From: Macrostomum lignano
Taxonomy: Eukaryota
Assembly: GCA_002269645.1 (NCBI GenBank)
Contig: NIVC01000187.1
Location: 1 to 64,000, forward strand
Direction: 5' to 3'
Length of the DNA stretch: 64,000 nt
This document shows, one piece after another, positions 9,478 to 21,900 of this stretch. Below the pieces are notes generated by a model. That model had not been told where the DNA came from. It was given only the letters and a program-made list of their open reading frames with translations, and ran no database searches. A program made the position numbers and the translations under genes. Position 1 is the first letter of the stretch, and each line of letters opens with the position of its first letter.

Positions 9478-9901
9478 GTAGCTTAGGGTTTTGGCCTGAG
9501 GGCGACTCGAATATCCCGAGAAGGACGTTTCTGAGCCTGCAAGAGGAGCACGGAACTGCGACACGAGGTGCCCTCCCATTCGTCCCTGTGAATGGGAATC
9601 AGCCCAGTCATCGATCTGACGATTGATGACCGTAGAAGGGATCAGGGACCAGGGGTTCAGGACCAAGGAAAAAGACAACCTTTTCAGCGAGGGTGTCTGC
9701 CAGCTCTTTTTCAGGAAACCCTGCGTGCCCTGGGATCCACTTCAGCCCAACAGTATTGCTACTGGCCAGGAGGTTGAGCTGCCGGACGCAGTTGGCGACT
9801 GTCCGCCGGGAGTTCGTTGTGGTGTGGCAAAGGGCCTGTTGTAAAGCCGCTTGGCTGTCAGAGTGAATGACGATAGTCTTTCCTCTGTGTACCCTTGGCA
9901 T
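9478..9901 (-). mobile_element. Degenerate non-LTR retrotransposon (I-group-like) fragment: RNase H domain
   Basis: IHSDSQAALQ...VANCVRQLNLL...VGLKWIPGHAG..ELADTLA...GPEP are RNase H motifs of LINE ORF2; frameshifted. Confidence 0.85.
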
Positions 9902-10533
9902 TCAGCTCTGCGTTTAGCTAGGTCCGACAGGAATTCGACAAAGGAAATATGAGACCCAGGTACTTTAGCACCAGGGGCGCCAGCACCAGGAGCGCCAGCA
10001 CCAGGGGCGCCAGCACCAGGGGCGCCAGCATCAGGGGCGCCAGCACCAGGGGCAGCAAGTACATTTGCCTGCCATTTTGAAGCAATGCCACCCTTAATTG
10101 CCCTCTCGATCTACATGTAGCTGTAATTACAGTGTATCTGCGTACTAACCGTTGCCATCTCTGCTTAACTTGCGAGTAAGCCTCAAACAAAATTGTGATG
10201 CTCTGATGGCAGCTCTAGTGCTTGATGAATAACGAAGCTCGTATCTTGCTTTGCTTGTTTATTTGGCTTTAGGACCACATTAATGTTAGCGGGGCTTGTA
10301 ACAAGATTATGAAGCTAGGACACTTGTATATAGGAAGGGATGAGGGAGGCGGCATTTGGGCGCAGCGGCCATAGACTATTGCACGAGCGTACGAGCGTAT
10401 GTCAAAAATTTATTTGCTCCATTGTTTTATTATCTGTGGTCGTCTGCATTGAACTTTTAGCATGCCGCTTCATTCTTTGCGTGGGCCCGATTGTGAGATA
10501 AAAGTGCAAAAACTTGTTTCCACTCCCGTTGAC

Positions 10534-10590
10534 CAAGGAGTTCTATAATTAGCAACCCTTTAGAACCCTTTATAATTATAGAACTCCTTG
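10534..10590. mobile_element. 57-bp mini-MITE with 17-bp perfect TIRs and 7-bp direct repeats (P-superfamily-like ends)
   Basis: CAAGGAGTTCTATAATT at 10534-10550 and its reverse complement at 10574-10590; CGTTGAC on both flanks. Confidence 0.6.
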
Positions 10591-10786
10591 CGTTGACGCA
10601 TATGCAACAGTTAATGCCATAGACTGTGGCGAGTTAGAAACAAAAAACAGGCTTCGATTTGAGAGGTTTAACTGCTCTCTATTCGAGAGCCCACACACAG
10701 AAACAAGAGTCGATATTTTGCCTTACCGCGAAGAAGCTCTAAAACTCAAATCAAGATCACAGATTCGTCGTCCGGATTAATACAAT

Positions 10787-11415
10787 ATGCCACTTAACGT
10801 CTTCAGACTTGGCGCTATTGGCATCCTATTTTTTGCGTGTATTGGTAAGCTAATTTAATAGCATTCTGACAATTATGAAAAAATGTGCATTGTTACATTT
10901 TATTGCATTTACATGTACATGTGTACACTTACTGGTGTAATTTGCTATTTATTAATTTGTCTTTTACAGCCGTGACCAACAGTATAAAGTGCTATGAATA
11001 CGACGCTGAGAAGGATGGGACCCCTGAAGCTTTTGACTGCAATGAAGCACTAAAAAAAATAAAAGGTGTAGCAAAGCTTGAGAAGCATGAAGAAATAAAA
11101 CACTGTAAGCGAATGCACGGCTATAAAGATGGCAAATATTTCGTGAGTCAGCTACATGCTTCTGAGTCTGACAGTTTTCCTGAACACTTAGTACAGTACT
11201 GTAGACTGTTATTTACCTCATTTTTACAGGCTGGTGGATTTTGTGGAGATTGTAGTTTTAACGTACCTCTTCCTGCCAAGTCTTTCTCGATCACGTGCAG
11301 CGCGTGCACTTCTGAAAAGTGCAACTCGGCCAGCAGAAAAGGCAGCGTCTCGCCTGCAGCCGCCACCAGTTTAGCTGCCTGCCTACTCTGGCTGCTCAAC
11401 TGCTCTGCTTTCTGA
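10787..11415 (+). CDS. Ly6/uPAR-like GPI-anchored protein, paralog 2; exons 10787-10844, 10970-11142, 11230-11415; 138 aa
   Basis: Same exon structure, intron phases and Cys spacing as paralog 1 (CTSEKCN), with signal peptide and GPI tail. Confidence 0.85.
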
Positions 11416-11789
11416 ATTTCCAGCTGGATAAATAAAAAATACTATAATTTTTAAATGCAGAATCCGCCGATAAAAACGAACACCAACGAATGATAGTCTT
11501 TGGTTCAATAAAAAACACTGGCAAAATACTACTTTCCGTTTCAGAATGCCGATAACTCCACCTCGGAAATAAACGCTTTATTTAGTACGAATTTATCGCG
11601 TAACTTTTTTAGCTACACACAAAAAAAATATTTTGTCTTATTTCTTTCATTTATAAGTTTTAAACGAATTCGCTAAAATGCTAGAAGTACATGTATACGG
11701 GATTAAGATGATCTATAGTTTTGAGAGAGCGGGGTTTGTTACTCTTGGCTGGACCTACTAGTCATGCACCTAATGACACCTGAGTTTTT

Positions 11790-12312
11790 ATTGCCTGCGG
11801 CGCCAAAATGAGTGCCTGCCTGCGGCGCCAAAATGACTTTTTATTGCCTGCGGCGCCAAAATGAGTTTTTATTGCCTGCGGCGCCAAAATGAGTGCCTGC
11901 GGCGCCAAAATGAGTTTTTATTACCTGCGGCGCCAAAATGAGTTTTTATTGCCTGCGGCGCCAAAATGAGTGCCTGCGGCGCCAAAATGAGTGCCTGCCT
12001 TCGGTGCCAAAATGAGTTTTTATTGCCTGCGGCGCCAAAATGAGTGCCTGCCTTCGGTGCCAAAATGAGTTTTTATTGCCTGCGGCGCCAAAATGAGTGC
12101 CTGCGGCGCCAAAATGAGTGCCTGCCTGCGGCGCCAAAATGAGTGTCTGCGGCGCCAAAATGAGTGCCTGCCTGCGGCGCCAAAATGACTTTTTATTGCC
12201 TGCGGCGCCAAAATGAGTGTCTGCGGCGCCAAAATGAGTGCCTGACTGCGTCGCCAAAATGAGTGCCTGCCTTCGGCGCCAAAATGAGTGCCTGCCTTCG
12301 GCGCCAAAATGA
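11790..12312. repeat. 21-bp-based tandem repeat GCGGCGCCAAAATGAGTGCCT (dispersed family also at 16670-16760 and 45170-45550)
   Basis: Directly visible. Confidence 0.9.
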
Positions 12313-15111
12313 ATGCCAATTTCTGCATTGGCTGGGATCATTGAAGAATTTAAAATAATTATAATTGTTGCTTTTGTGTAGTAATTCTAACCTTAATTGC
12401 TGTATAATTTGTCCAGCCCATGTTCAATTAATACAGAATGCTTTGCAATTAGCCTCAATGTGAGTGTCACAGCACTGAAAATCAGCACTGAAGCACAGTA
12501 ATTAACGAGCACACGTTTTCTCTGTTAAGATAGATGCGTTGCAGTTAGCGTGCTATTGCCAATTACTAAATCCATATCTATTCTATTTTAATATAGGCGA
12601 ATCCGGGGTGTATTCCCCTTCTAGAATATTCTAGAATGCTTCCTTATTTCGTACAGCTCGGCAAGCATATTTTCACCCAACGGTTTTCCAACCAGCTTCC
12701 GTTGGAACACCGTTGGATCAACGTACCCTTTTCCACTGGGTAATTATTGCCATAGACACTAGACAAATGGGGAATATGATACGTATCCGTAGTGAAGACA
12801 CTATAGCTTGTTGATGTTGTGACACTAAAGTACAAAAGTTTTTGTTACGAGTTTTACGAATTCATGCAGCAAGTCGGACTACAATTATCGGCTTTATGCT
12901 TTTATAAATGTTTAGGCATGTATATTGGAGGTAGTGGTCACCCGGGATTTGATTGAAGGACAAAGCACTGAGTTTATGCAACTCGTAATGTAATTTAAAT
13001 TACAAATGCAATAATATAAATTGCACATCAAGCGAGTGTACCGGTACCGTTAAATGTATGATTGCAGTCCTTATTGGCTAAATGTCCCAAGAGCGAGTGC
13101 ATGTGGCTTTATTTGTGGCGTTTGTACTTTTTATTATTTGCTCCATAATTGTTATTTCTCGATATGGATCGCACCTTGTGTAATCCTCGTGCCCGTTTAA
13201 GAAAATATGCACTGTGTATGATCGAGTAATTGGTTAATTGGCAAAAATGGAGACGATCGACAAAAAAATAGAAAATTAAAAAGTTTGCAATCAACAAAAA
13301 ATCGGTCTTGGTGTATAAATCAAGTGAAGTTTTATATTAATCTATTCTCAAAGTTGCAGAGTGGCAGAGTTGCAAAGTTGCAAATTCTCAAAGCATGTGG
13401 TCCCGCCATGATATTATATTTACATGTACATGCAGTTTTACATATATACCCGGTGTAAAATTCGACGTCGATTCGAAGTCGATTCGAAGTCGATTTTTCT
13501 TCTAAAGTCGAATTGACGTAGATGCCGAATAGAAGTCGAAAATTCGACTTCGATTTGAGTTGCATCAACAGTTTTAACAAATTAAATTTACTCTTGTAAA
13601 TATGAACTTGACCGTAACGGCAGTACTTTTAGTAACAGATTAATTTAAATTTTTTGTTTAGAATAATGTTTACTCGAGCTATTTTGCAGCACACGAGACT
13701 AAATGGTGTGAGTTTAAATTAATGACGTTAAATTTGCAGCTTATTAGATCGCATGGGCAAAAAAGGCTCGTAGTTAGAAGGTTACTTAAAGGTTTGCAAT
13801 TTCTAAGTATAAGATGCAGTTCTGAATAAGTAATCAATTTAAAATAGCATTCGCAGTATGCAGCAGCAAATTAATTTAGTTCTTTCGACAGATTTTTTTT
13901 CACAAAGTTATTTATGTTTTAACTTGTCATTTGGGATATGCTCTCTCCTGACTTTTTCTAAAATTTTAGTCATTGCATTTGGTCGCTATAGTCATAGCAT
14001 CTATGCATGGGGTGTTCTAATCAACAGCCATATTATTCAACATTCATTTTTGTAAAAAAAAAGTAAAAAACTTCTCTCTCTATAATTTTTGCAACTTTAT
14101 AATTAACTAGCTGTAGTCACATTAGCAACCTTACTTTAAAAAGACACTTTTAACATGTTGTTTGAAGCACAGAGCCAATAGGCATGTGCTAAATATAGTG
14201 AGCATTCTTGTTTCAGCTATTTATAAGATAAATTGCTACAATTTTTATTGTTTGTTTTTTGTTGATTTTATTATGAAATCATAATTATTTTATGACAATT
14301 TTTATGGGGTCCAAACTAGATTGATGTCAATTCTTCAGTTATTACTTTGCTTAACTTTTTAAATATTTTTATTAAGCTTTAATGAAATGATAATAAGTGA
14401 TATAGGCTTCTAATCCAAATTGCTCATGGTGATGCTAAACAAGTTTTTGGTTTATTTGTCTCCAATCAAGAAGCACTCTATCAACTTATATAATGGAATT
14501 CTAATGATGTAGAACATAAAATTTTATTTCCTTTACAGTTGTAAAGTTCCAATTTTTTATTTTTGGGCTTTAGTTTAGGATTATTCATGAGATCCTAGGC
14601 CTATAAAATAAAAACTTTAACTATTTGTTATTATAGATCCTTTATAAACTTTAGTGCCTTTGATACTTTATTGCACTTTAAATGGCTTTTGTAGATATAG
14701 ACAATGTTTTACTTATAGTAATATGTTCCATTTAAAGCAAACACTGTATTATCATTTCTAAACTATTGCTGAATTATTCTTACTGAGCAGTACAGACTGC
14801 ATAATGTTTGAATTAGCTAGGGTCAAGTTCATCTTTTTTAAATATAGAGGGAATTTCAAACAGTTGGGAAATACTATTTTTGAGTATACATAATATCATT
14901 TATACAACTGTGTACATTTACATCGAATCTTTCACTTAAAATTTAGTACAAAAAACATCCACATTGACAGCCAAATAATAACCAAGCATTATCAATAACA
15001 GACTAGTCCTTTTTAATTTCTTGTGCAATATTGCCAATTTTTTTATTTATACAAAATAATTTACTGTTCACTGTTTTAATTCACTGATTCAATTTACTGT
15101 TTCAGATTAAC

Positions 15112-17083
15112 ATGGCCTCACGAAATTTCAACAGGGAAATTCGGAAGAAACTGCTGGACTTTATTCAGGTAGAAGGGGATTCTGAGACTCGTGAATTTAA
15201 TAGTAGGCCTATGGATGCTGAAAGACAATTTGGCTCAATCTTGGATGAAGATGAAGGTGTTGAACCAACTGTATATATATCTGAGCAGGAGGATGATGCT
15301 GGGGAGGAGGATCACAAGTGAATCGTTCGAGTTTCAAGCGGATATCTGTGCCGTCACATCGTTTTGGAACAACATCATCCGATGAGACAGCAGATGAAAC
15401 CGATGTGCATTCTGCTGGGAGCCCATTTGAAGCGCCGGTTTCTAGGAAGCCTGCACCTAAATCCAGACCTATGCTTCCAGATCCGTTGCTCCTGTTACCC
15501 AATCAACAGCACAGCGCGTGTTTGCCGCCACATGTTTCGTGCAGTTCTGGCCCATCTGATTTCCAAAATATCATGCACAAAGGAGGAGTTGTCCCACAAA
15601 CCTCCAACAGTGGCGATTCTCTCCTCCGAGAACTAACTGGAGACCTGCGGGTCACGCCACATTCGTCGGTTTCAAGCGGGAATCATCCGGCTCGGGATCA
15701 TCAGGGCCGTTTCCATTTGGAGACACAAACAATAGTGAGCAAGTGGGAGAAAGACTTCCGTTCCGCTGGATTGGACCTTTACTCCAACAGAGGTAAATAT
15801 ACGGGTAAATAATGCAAATCGAAATCCTGCTGTAGAAACTTCATGATAAAGTACTCGTACATGCGTTGTTCTTGTTCCTGCAGGAATAGTGCATCTACTC
15901 GCCCACCGCGCGACATCAAGATGGTTTCAAAGAACCAGTCGACCACCTCATCTGACGCCGCTGAGTCTCCGTCACTGCTGGTACATATAGATGATTCACT
16001 TGGTGACCTTCCGATGAAAAATGTATCTGAATACCAGAGCTTCTGTCGGAAGCTACAAGAATCTGGTTTCCGGAACGCTATAGTAAGTCAATTCATGTCT
16101 CAATACTTTTATCAAATGTTTATGGGCGCAAAATTGCTTCATATTTCATGAGTTTAACATCATTTTAAATAAATATCACGAAATATTATGCTGCATGCAT
16201 GAAAAAGTTCTTTGGTACGGTACATATAAAAATGACTGATGTTGCAGGTGACTCAAACGCGCGTCCTTTTACAGATTTCGAAGCTACGACGCCTTGGTGG
16301 CAACACTGCTGAAGCCCACACAGCAAGAATAATGGACTTTCTGCTGTCAAGAAAGTTTCAACAGGCTTTCAATCGGTCTGGTAGGGATTATTCGCAAGCA
16401 CGAAAAACAAGTGGCAATAAGCTATCATTTGCCAAAACCTTGGAACCGATCGTCATTTGTAAGTTAATGTTATGAACTAATGCTCCTGCCAAACCTTTGC
16501 TTAGGAATTTATACGTATCATTTCCAAATGTACTTCGTATATTTATATTTACCCGTTAATGTACCACTAATGTGCACTACTAATATATTTACAGGGCGTC
16601 ACCAACGGGGGGGGGACAGGGGGGACATCTTGTGGCCCGTTATTAATTTTTGCTGCATGGTGACAAAATAGCGCCTGCGGCGCTAAAATGAGTGTCTGCA
16701 GTGCTAAAATGAGTGCCTGTGGCGCTAAAATAAGTGTCTGCAGTGCTAAAATTAGTGCTGACAACACCGATTCTGAAAATAATGTACATGTAGGCATTTC
16801 GTCGTGTACATGTGCATATAGAATTCTTGGCTTTGTCCCCCCACCATAAAATCCATGGCGACGCCCCTGTCTATTTACCTGTAATTGTATTTCCATGCAG
16901 TTAAAACGGTGTCACACAAAAAGTACTCGCGTGCCTACGTGTAAAATGCAGTGAATTTATTTGCTTTCAGTGGCCGTAACCAAGGCGTTTCCGCAAGCTT
17001 CTGAGGAGCGAATCACTCAAAAGATTAAGCGAATGCTGAAAGATTCAAAAGTGAGGGCCACGTCAAAGCGACATGAGGAGTGA
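15112..17083 (+). CDS. DUF4806-like (BEN-related) transposon accessory protein; clear exons 15884-16082, 16248-16458, 16971-17083; acidic 5' exon frame-disrupted
   Basis: In-frame splicing gives LPMKNVSEYQSFCRKLQESGFRNAI|VTQ..LRRLGGNTAEAHTARIMDFLLS..FNRSGR..KLSFAK..VI|LAVTKAFPQASEERITQKIKRMLKDSKVR, the DUF4806 pattern. Confidence 0.6.
16592..16869. mobile_element. hAT-type MITE (278 bp) nested in an intron of the DUF4806-like gene
   Basis: TIRs CAGGGCGTCACCA and reverse complement CAGGGGCGTCGCCA; 8-bp TSD TATATTTA/TCTATTTA (7/8 match); contains the 21-bp repeat units. Confidence 0.75.
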
Positions 17084-18994
17084 ATTTTAAGAGTGCTTAG
17101 ATTTCTGCATCATGATACGTTTTTAAATACGAACTACTACTCATATAAGCTTCTCAAAGACGCTGGATATCAAAGTCCATTCATCATAAATTTCTTAGTT
17201 TTTAGTTTTTCCGACTTTTTGCGTTGTCTTTTCTAATCGTTGTAATTGTTTTGTTAATTTATATACCAAAGCTTCTCTTTACTGCGCTCGTAGTTTCTTT
17301 AAAAATAAACCATATTTCAGCTTTTGTGTTCCATTTTATGCGGTTATTTTGTTCTGATTTAATGCCGCGCATTCAAAAGATATACTACATGAAGTCACCC
17401 TCGTATTGAATATTTAAATTAAGTTATTTCTTTAAAGAATTTTGTTTGTTTTGAGGCACATTCAGAGGCGAAAATCAAGGAAGTATCGCGAAATTTAGGC
17501 CGAAAAACTCGACTTCGAATCGACGTCGAATCACCGGGACATCATTCGACGTCGATTCGGCCTAAAATTTTCGAAGTCGATTCGACGTCGATTTTTACAC
17601 CGGGTATGTACCTTACTACCGCATAATTAAGCTATGCGAAGATATTATTTTAAGAGCCGATTTCTTATTAAGCACTTTGTTCAAGCATGCTAATGCTGCT
17701 GAATATCCTATCGTGTATAGAAATAAGAATAAAGAGATTTGTTCAGGCTTCAAGTAATTCAGAGATGATAGCGGCAGTTTAGTGCAATTAATTTACTCAT
17801 ATCAGGATGATATGCACAAATGTACTATATATCCACGGTGATAAAAAAAAGAAAAACGCGTTATAACAAACTTAAATACTTTAAACTCAATTGTTTGTTT
17901 TCAGTCACTAGTTTGTGTTCTGTTAATCTCTTTTGTTTCAAATAACCTGTATCTAAAAGCTTCTAGCTTCAAGTTGAAATCACACAATTTTGTCTCCACG
18001 GTTGCAAGAGACTGAAGGGAAAATTCGACTTTAGCATGCAGGCAATTTTTAGAGTGAATTCTCATCCTTTCAGATTAAAAAAAGTCAAAACAAAAAACGA
18101 ACATTCAGTAAAGCACTAAGAAAACTAAAGAATTGCTAAAAATGAAGATAAACTTGTCGTGGTCGCTATACCGCTAAGTCTTTTTGGCCAGTGCTGATAA
18201 TGTTGTATCGTCATATGTTGCAGTAGCTCTGTAGCTGATAATATATTATCAAATAATTATCAATATAATTAAGACACAATTTTAAAATAAACATAATTAG
18301 TAAGAGATAACAATATTACTTATGAATATTGTCCTATTTTTTCTTTCTGCCCGTGTTTTTGACATTTAGATATGTCATTTATAATTGAAGACAATATGAC
18401 ATTAGGTTCACATTTAAAAAAAAAATTGAGCTTGTACTTTTGGTAAAGTTTTTGTATTTTTCTACAACTTATACAAACAACAAAAACACAATTTGTACAA
18501 ATTTAGAAACCTTTTTGACCGAATAACTCTTATTTTGTAACTAATGTTTGTGTTTCTAGTTGATGTAATATAGGCCTACTGCATAAACATAAATGGGTTT
18601 TTTGTAATTTAAAAATTGCTTTTGTCAGTCTTTTGCTAGTTGAAAAAGAGTTTAATAAATTTACCTAGTGATTACAATTTAAGCAATTTAGACACCTGCA
18701 ACTTACAATATGAAATGAAAAGATAAGGAGTAGATTTTTTGCAGCCATAAAAATAGCACAGCAACATAAAAAATCACTGCATGAAAATGTTTTTATAATT
18801 GTTTTTTTAACATAATAAAGACAGGTAGCATTAGATATGTAATAAAATTTATTGAAAAAAATATTACTCTTAAATAGGCACTATGCAAAAAAGTGTTTTC
18901 TGCATCTGCATCTGCAAATTAAAATTCAATTGAATATATACAAATTCAACTCAAACCATCCTGATGCTCACCGATTGAGACCTTCGCCGTTGCC

Positions 18995-21900
18995 ATGGAG
19001 ATCCAATATGTTTACACAAAGAAGCGAGCCGAGTTCGGCCGCCAGTGCATCTTCAGCGATCGCCCAGCGGAGCTGCTGGTGGACATCGCGCCAAACCCGG
19101 ACGCCTTGAAGGAGTTCGTCGAGCGCGACCCGGTTGACCGCGGCGTCCAAGTCGTCCAGGAGATGAGCGAGCACGACGTCAACACCGAGCGGTTCGAGAC
19201 TGACTCGCACGGTCTGAACCACGCCGAAGGCGGCTGGCCGAAGGACGTCAACGCGCAGGAGGTCGAGCAGGTCATTCGGTTTCGCAAGAAGGTCGAAAAA
19301 GACGAGATGTACATCAGCACTGTGCAGACTCTCGGCGGCCAGATGGAGCACTGCATCAAGCAGAACAATGCCATCGACATCTACCAGGACTACTTCAGCG
19401 ACGTAGAGATTCAGGCCTCCGAGGAGCCTCCGTCCGCCAAGACCATCAACGTGTTCAAGGACCCCTACAAGGACCGCGGCGTTGCCCACATCAGCTGGTA
19501 CCCGGACGGGCCAACAAAGCTGGCCATCGCCTACTGCAACACCGACTTTCAACGGGCGCCGAAGGACACCTCCACCGAGTCCTACGTGTGGGACGTCATC
19601 AACCCGAACTCACCGGAGATGACGCTCAAGCCCGTGTCGCCGCTGGTTTGCCTCGAGTACAATCCGAAAGACGCGCACATCCTGGTTGGCGGATGCTACA
19701 ACGGCCAGGTGGCTTACTGGGACTGTCGGAAGGGCTCGCAACCGATTGAAACCAGCGAAGTGTCCACTGGGCATCGGGACCCGGTTTGGAAGGTGATCTG
19801 GAATCAGAGCAAAACTGGCACCGAGTGCTTCTCCGTGTCGACGGATGGGCAGGTGAGTGGCAGTCAAATACTCTAAAGACTTGACCTTCAATTGTTAGGC
19901 GCATATTCTTCTCTTTTTAGAGAAGAATAATCTCTTTTTCTTATCTCACAAATAGGTAGAGGAGTGAAGGATGAGGGGAGAGAAGGAAGAGGGGTGAAGG
20001 AAGAAGGAAGAGATTGGACAGGAAAGAGAGGGAGACGAAAGAGAAGAAGAGCGAGAGGAGAGAGAGAAGAGAGGGAGACGAAAGAGAAGAAGAGCGAGAG
20101 GAGAGAGAGAAGAGAGGGAGACGAAAGAGAAGAAGAGCGAGAGGAGAGAGAGAAGAGAGGGAGACGAAAGAGAAGAAGAGCGAGAGGAGAGAGAGAAGAG
20201 AGGGAGACGAAAGAGAAGAAGAGCGAGAGGAGAGAGAGAAGAGAGGGAGACGAAAGAGAAGAAGAGCGAGAGGAGAGAGAGAAGAGAGGGAGACGAAAGA
20301 GAAGAAGAGCGAGAGGAGAGAGAGAAGAGAGGGAGACGAAAGAGAAGAAGAGCGAGAGGAGAGAGAGAAGAGAGGGAGACGAAAGAGAAGAAGAGCGAGA
20401 GGAGAGAGAGAAGAGAGGGAGACGAAAGAGAAGAAGAGCGAGAGGAGAGAGAGAAGAGATGGAGACGGAAGAGAAGAAGAGCGAGAGGAGAGAGAGAAGA
20501 GAGGGAGACGAAAGAGAAGAAGAGCGAGAGGAGAGAGAGAAGAGAGGGAGACGGAAGAGAAGAAGAGCGAGAGGAGAGAGAGAAGAGAGGGAGACGGAAG
20601 AGAAGAAGAGCGAGAGGAGAGAGGGAAGAGAGGGAGACGGAAGAGAAGAAGAGCGAGAGGAGAGAGGGAAGAGAAGAGTGAACAGGAAAGAGACGGAAAC
20701 CTTGAGAGCGCCCGATTAATATTGTGAAATTTCAAAGGACCGGAGGGCCGAATCGTACATAAACGTGCCACCAAAAATCAACTGAACCGCCGCAACACCT
20801 CAGGTGCTCTGGTGGGACATCCGGAAGTTCGCGGAGCCCATCGAGAAACTCTACCTGGATGCAACAAAGAAGCAGGACGCCTCTCAGGCGCAGGGCGCCT
20901 ACGTGCTGGAGTACGAGCCCACAATTCCAACAAAGTTCATGGCCGGCTCTGAGCAGGGTGCGATCTTCTCCTGCAACAGGAAGGGCAAAACAGATGCTGA
21001 TAAGATTGTAGCCGTCTACCCGGGTCACATCGGGCCTGTGTATGCGCTGCAGAGGAACCCGCAGTTCCCCAAGGTTTGCTGACGATTTGTTTTTGCGTTC
21101 AATATTGTCCTCCATTAAAGCCGCCTTGTCATCGCTTTTGGGCTGTCAGAGAAGCTTTAATTTGGGTGTCAGATGAGCCTCCATTTGGGTGTCAGATGAG
21201 CCTCAGTTTGGGTGTCAGATGAGCCACAGTTTGGGTGTCAGATGAGCCTCAATTTGGGTGTCAAATGAGCCTCAATTTGGGTGTCAAATGAGCCTCAATT
21301 TGGGTGTCAGATGAGCCTCAATTTGGGTGTCAGATGAGCCACAGTTTGGGTGTCAGATGAGCCATAATTTGGGTGTAAGATGAGTCTCAATTTGGGTGTC
21401 AGATGAGCCTCAATTTGGGTGTCAGATGAGCCTCAATTTGGGTGTCAGATGAGCCTCAATTTGGGTGTCAGATGAGCCACAGTTTGGGTGTCAGATGAGC
21501 CTCAATTTGGGTGTCAGATGAGCCACAGTTTGGGTGTCAGATGAGCCATAATTTGGGTGTAAGATGAGTCTCAATTTGGGTGTCAGATGAGCCTCAATTT
21601 GGGTGTCAGATGAGCCTCAATTTGAGTGTCAGATGAGCCACAGTTTGGGTGTCAGATGAGCCTCAATTTGGGTGTAAGATGAGTCTCAATTTGGGTGTCA
21701 GATGAGCCTCAATTTGGGTGTCAGATGAGCCTCAATTTGGGTGTCAGATGAGCCACAGTTTGGGTGTCAGATGAGCCATAATTTGGGTGTAAGATGAGCC
21801 TCAATTTGGGTGTCAAATGAGCCTCAATTTGGGTGTCAGATGAGCCTCAATTTGGGTGTCAGATGAGCCACAGTTTGGGTGTCAGATGAGCCATAATTTG

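Larger units (their letters stand above)
13449..17604 (+). mobile_element. 4.16-kb TIR DNA transposon without transposase (CCC...GGG ends, TA flanks; CMC/EnSpm-like by inference)
   Basis: Left end CCCGGTGTAAAATTCGACGTCGATTCGAAGTCGA; right end reverse complement CCCGGTGTAAAAATCGACGTCGAATCGACTTCGA (30/34 match). TA on both sides; subterminal TCGACGTCGA/TCGAAGTCGA repeats. Confidence 0.85.

Noticed and set aside
12644-12835. Minus-strand ORF with CSNGSW, faintly like a Sushi/CCP domain
   Set aside because: Non-ATG start, wrong Cys spacing and no convincing splice sites.
18968-19904. Minus-strand ORFs overlapping DNAI2 exon 1 (and similar ones opposite mGluR, GT32 and FReP exons)
   Set aside because: Antisense shadows of GC-rich coding exons.
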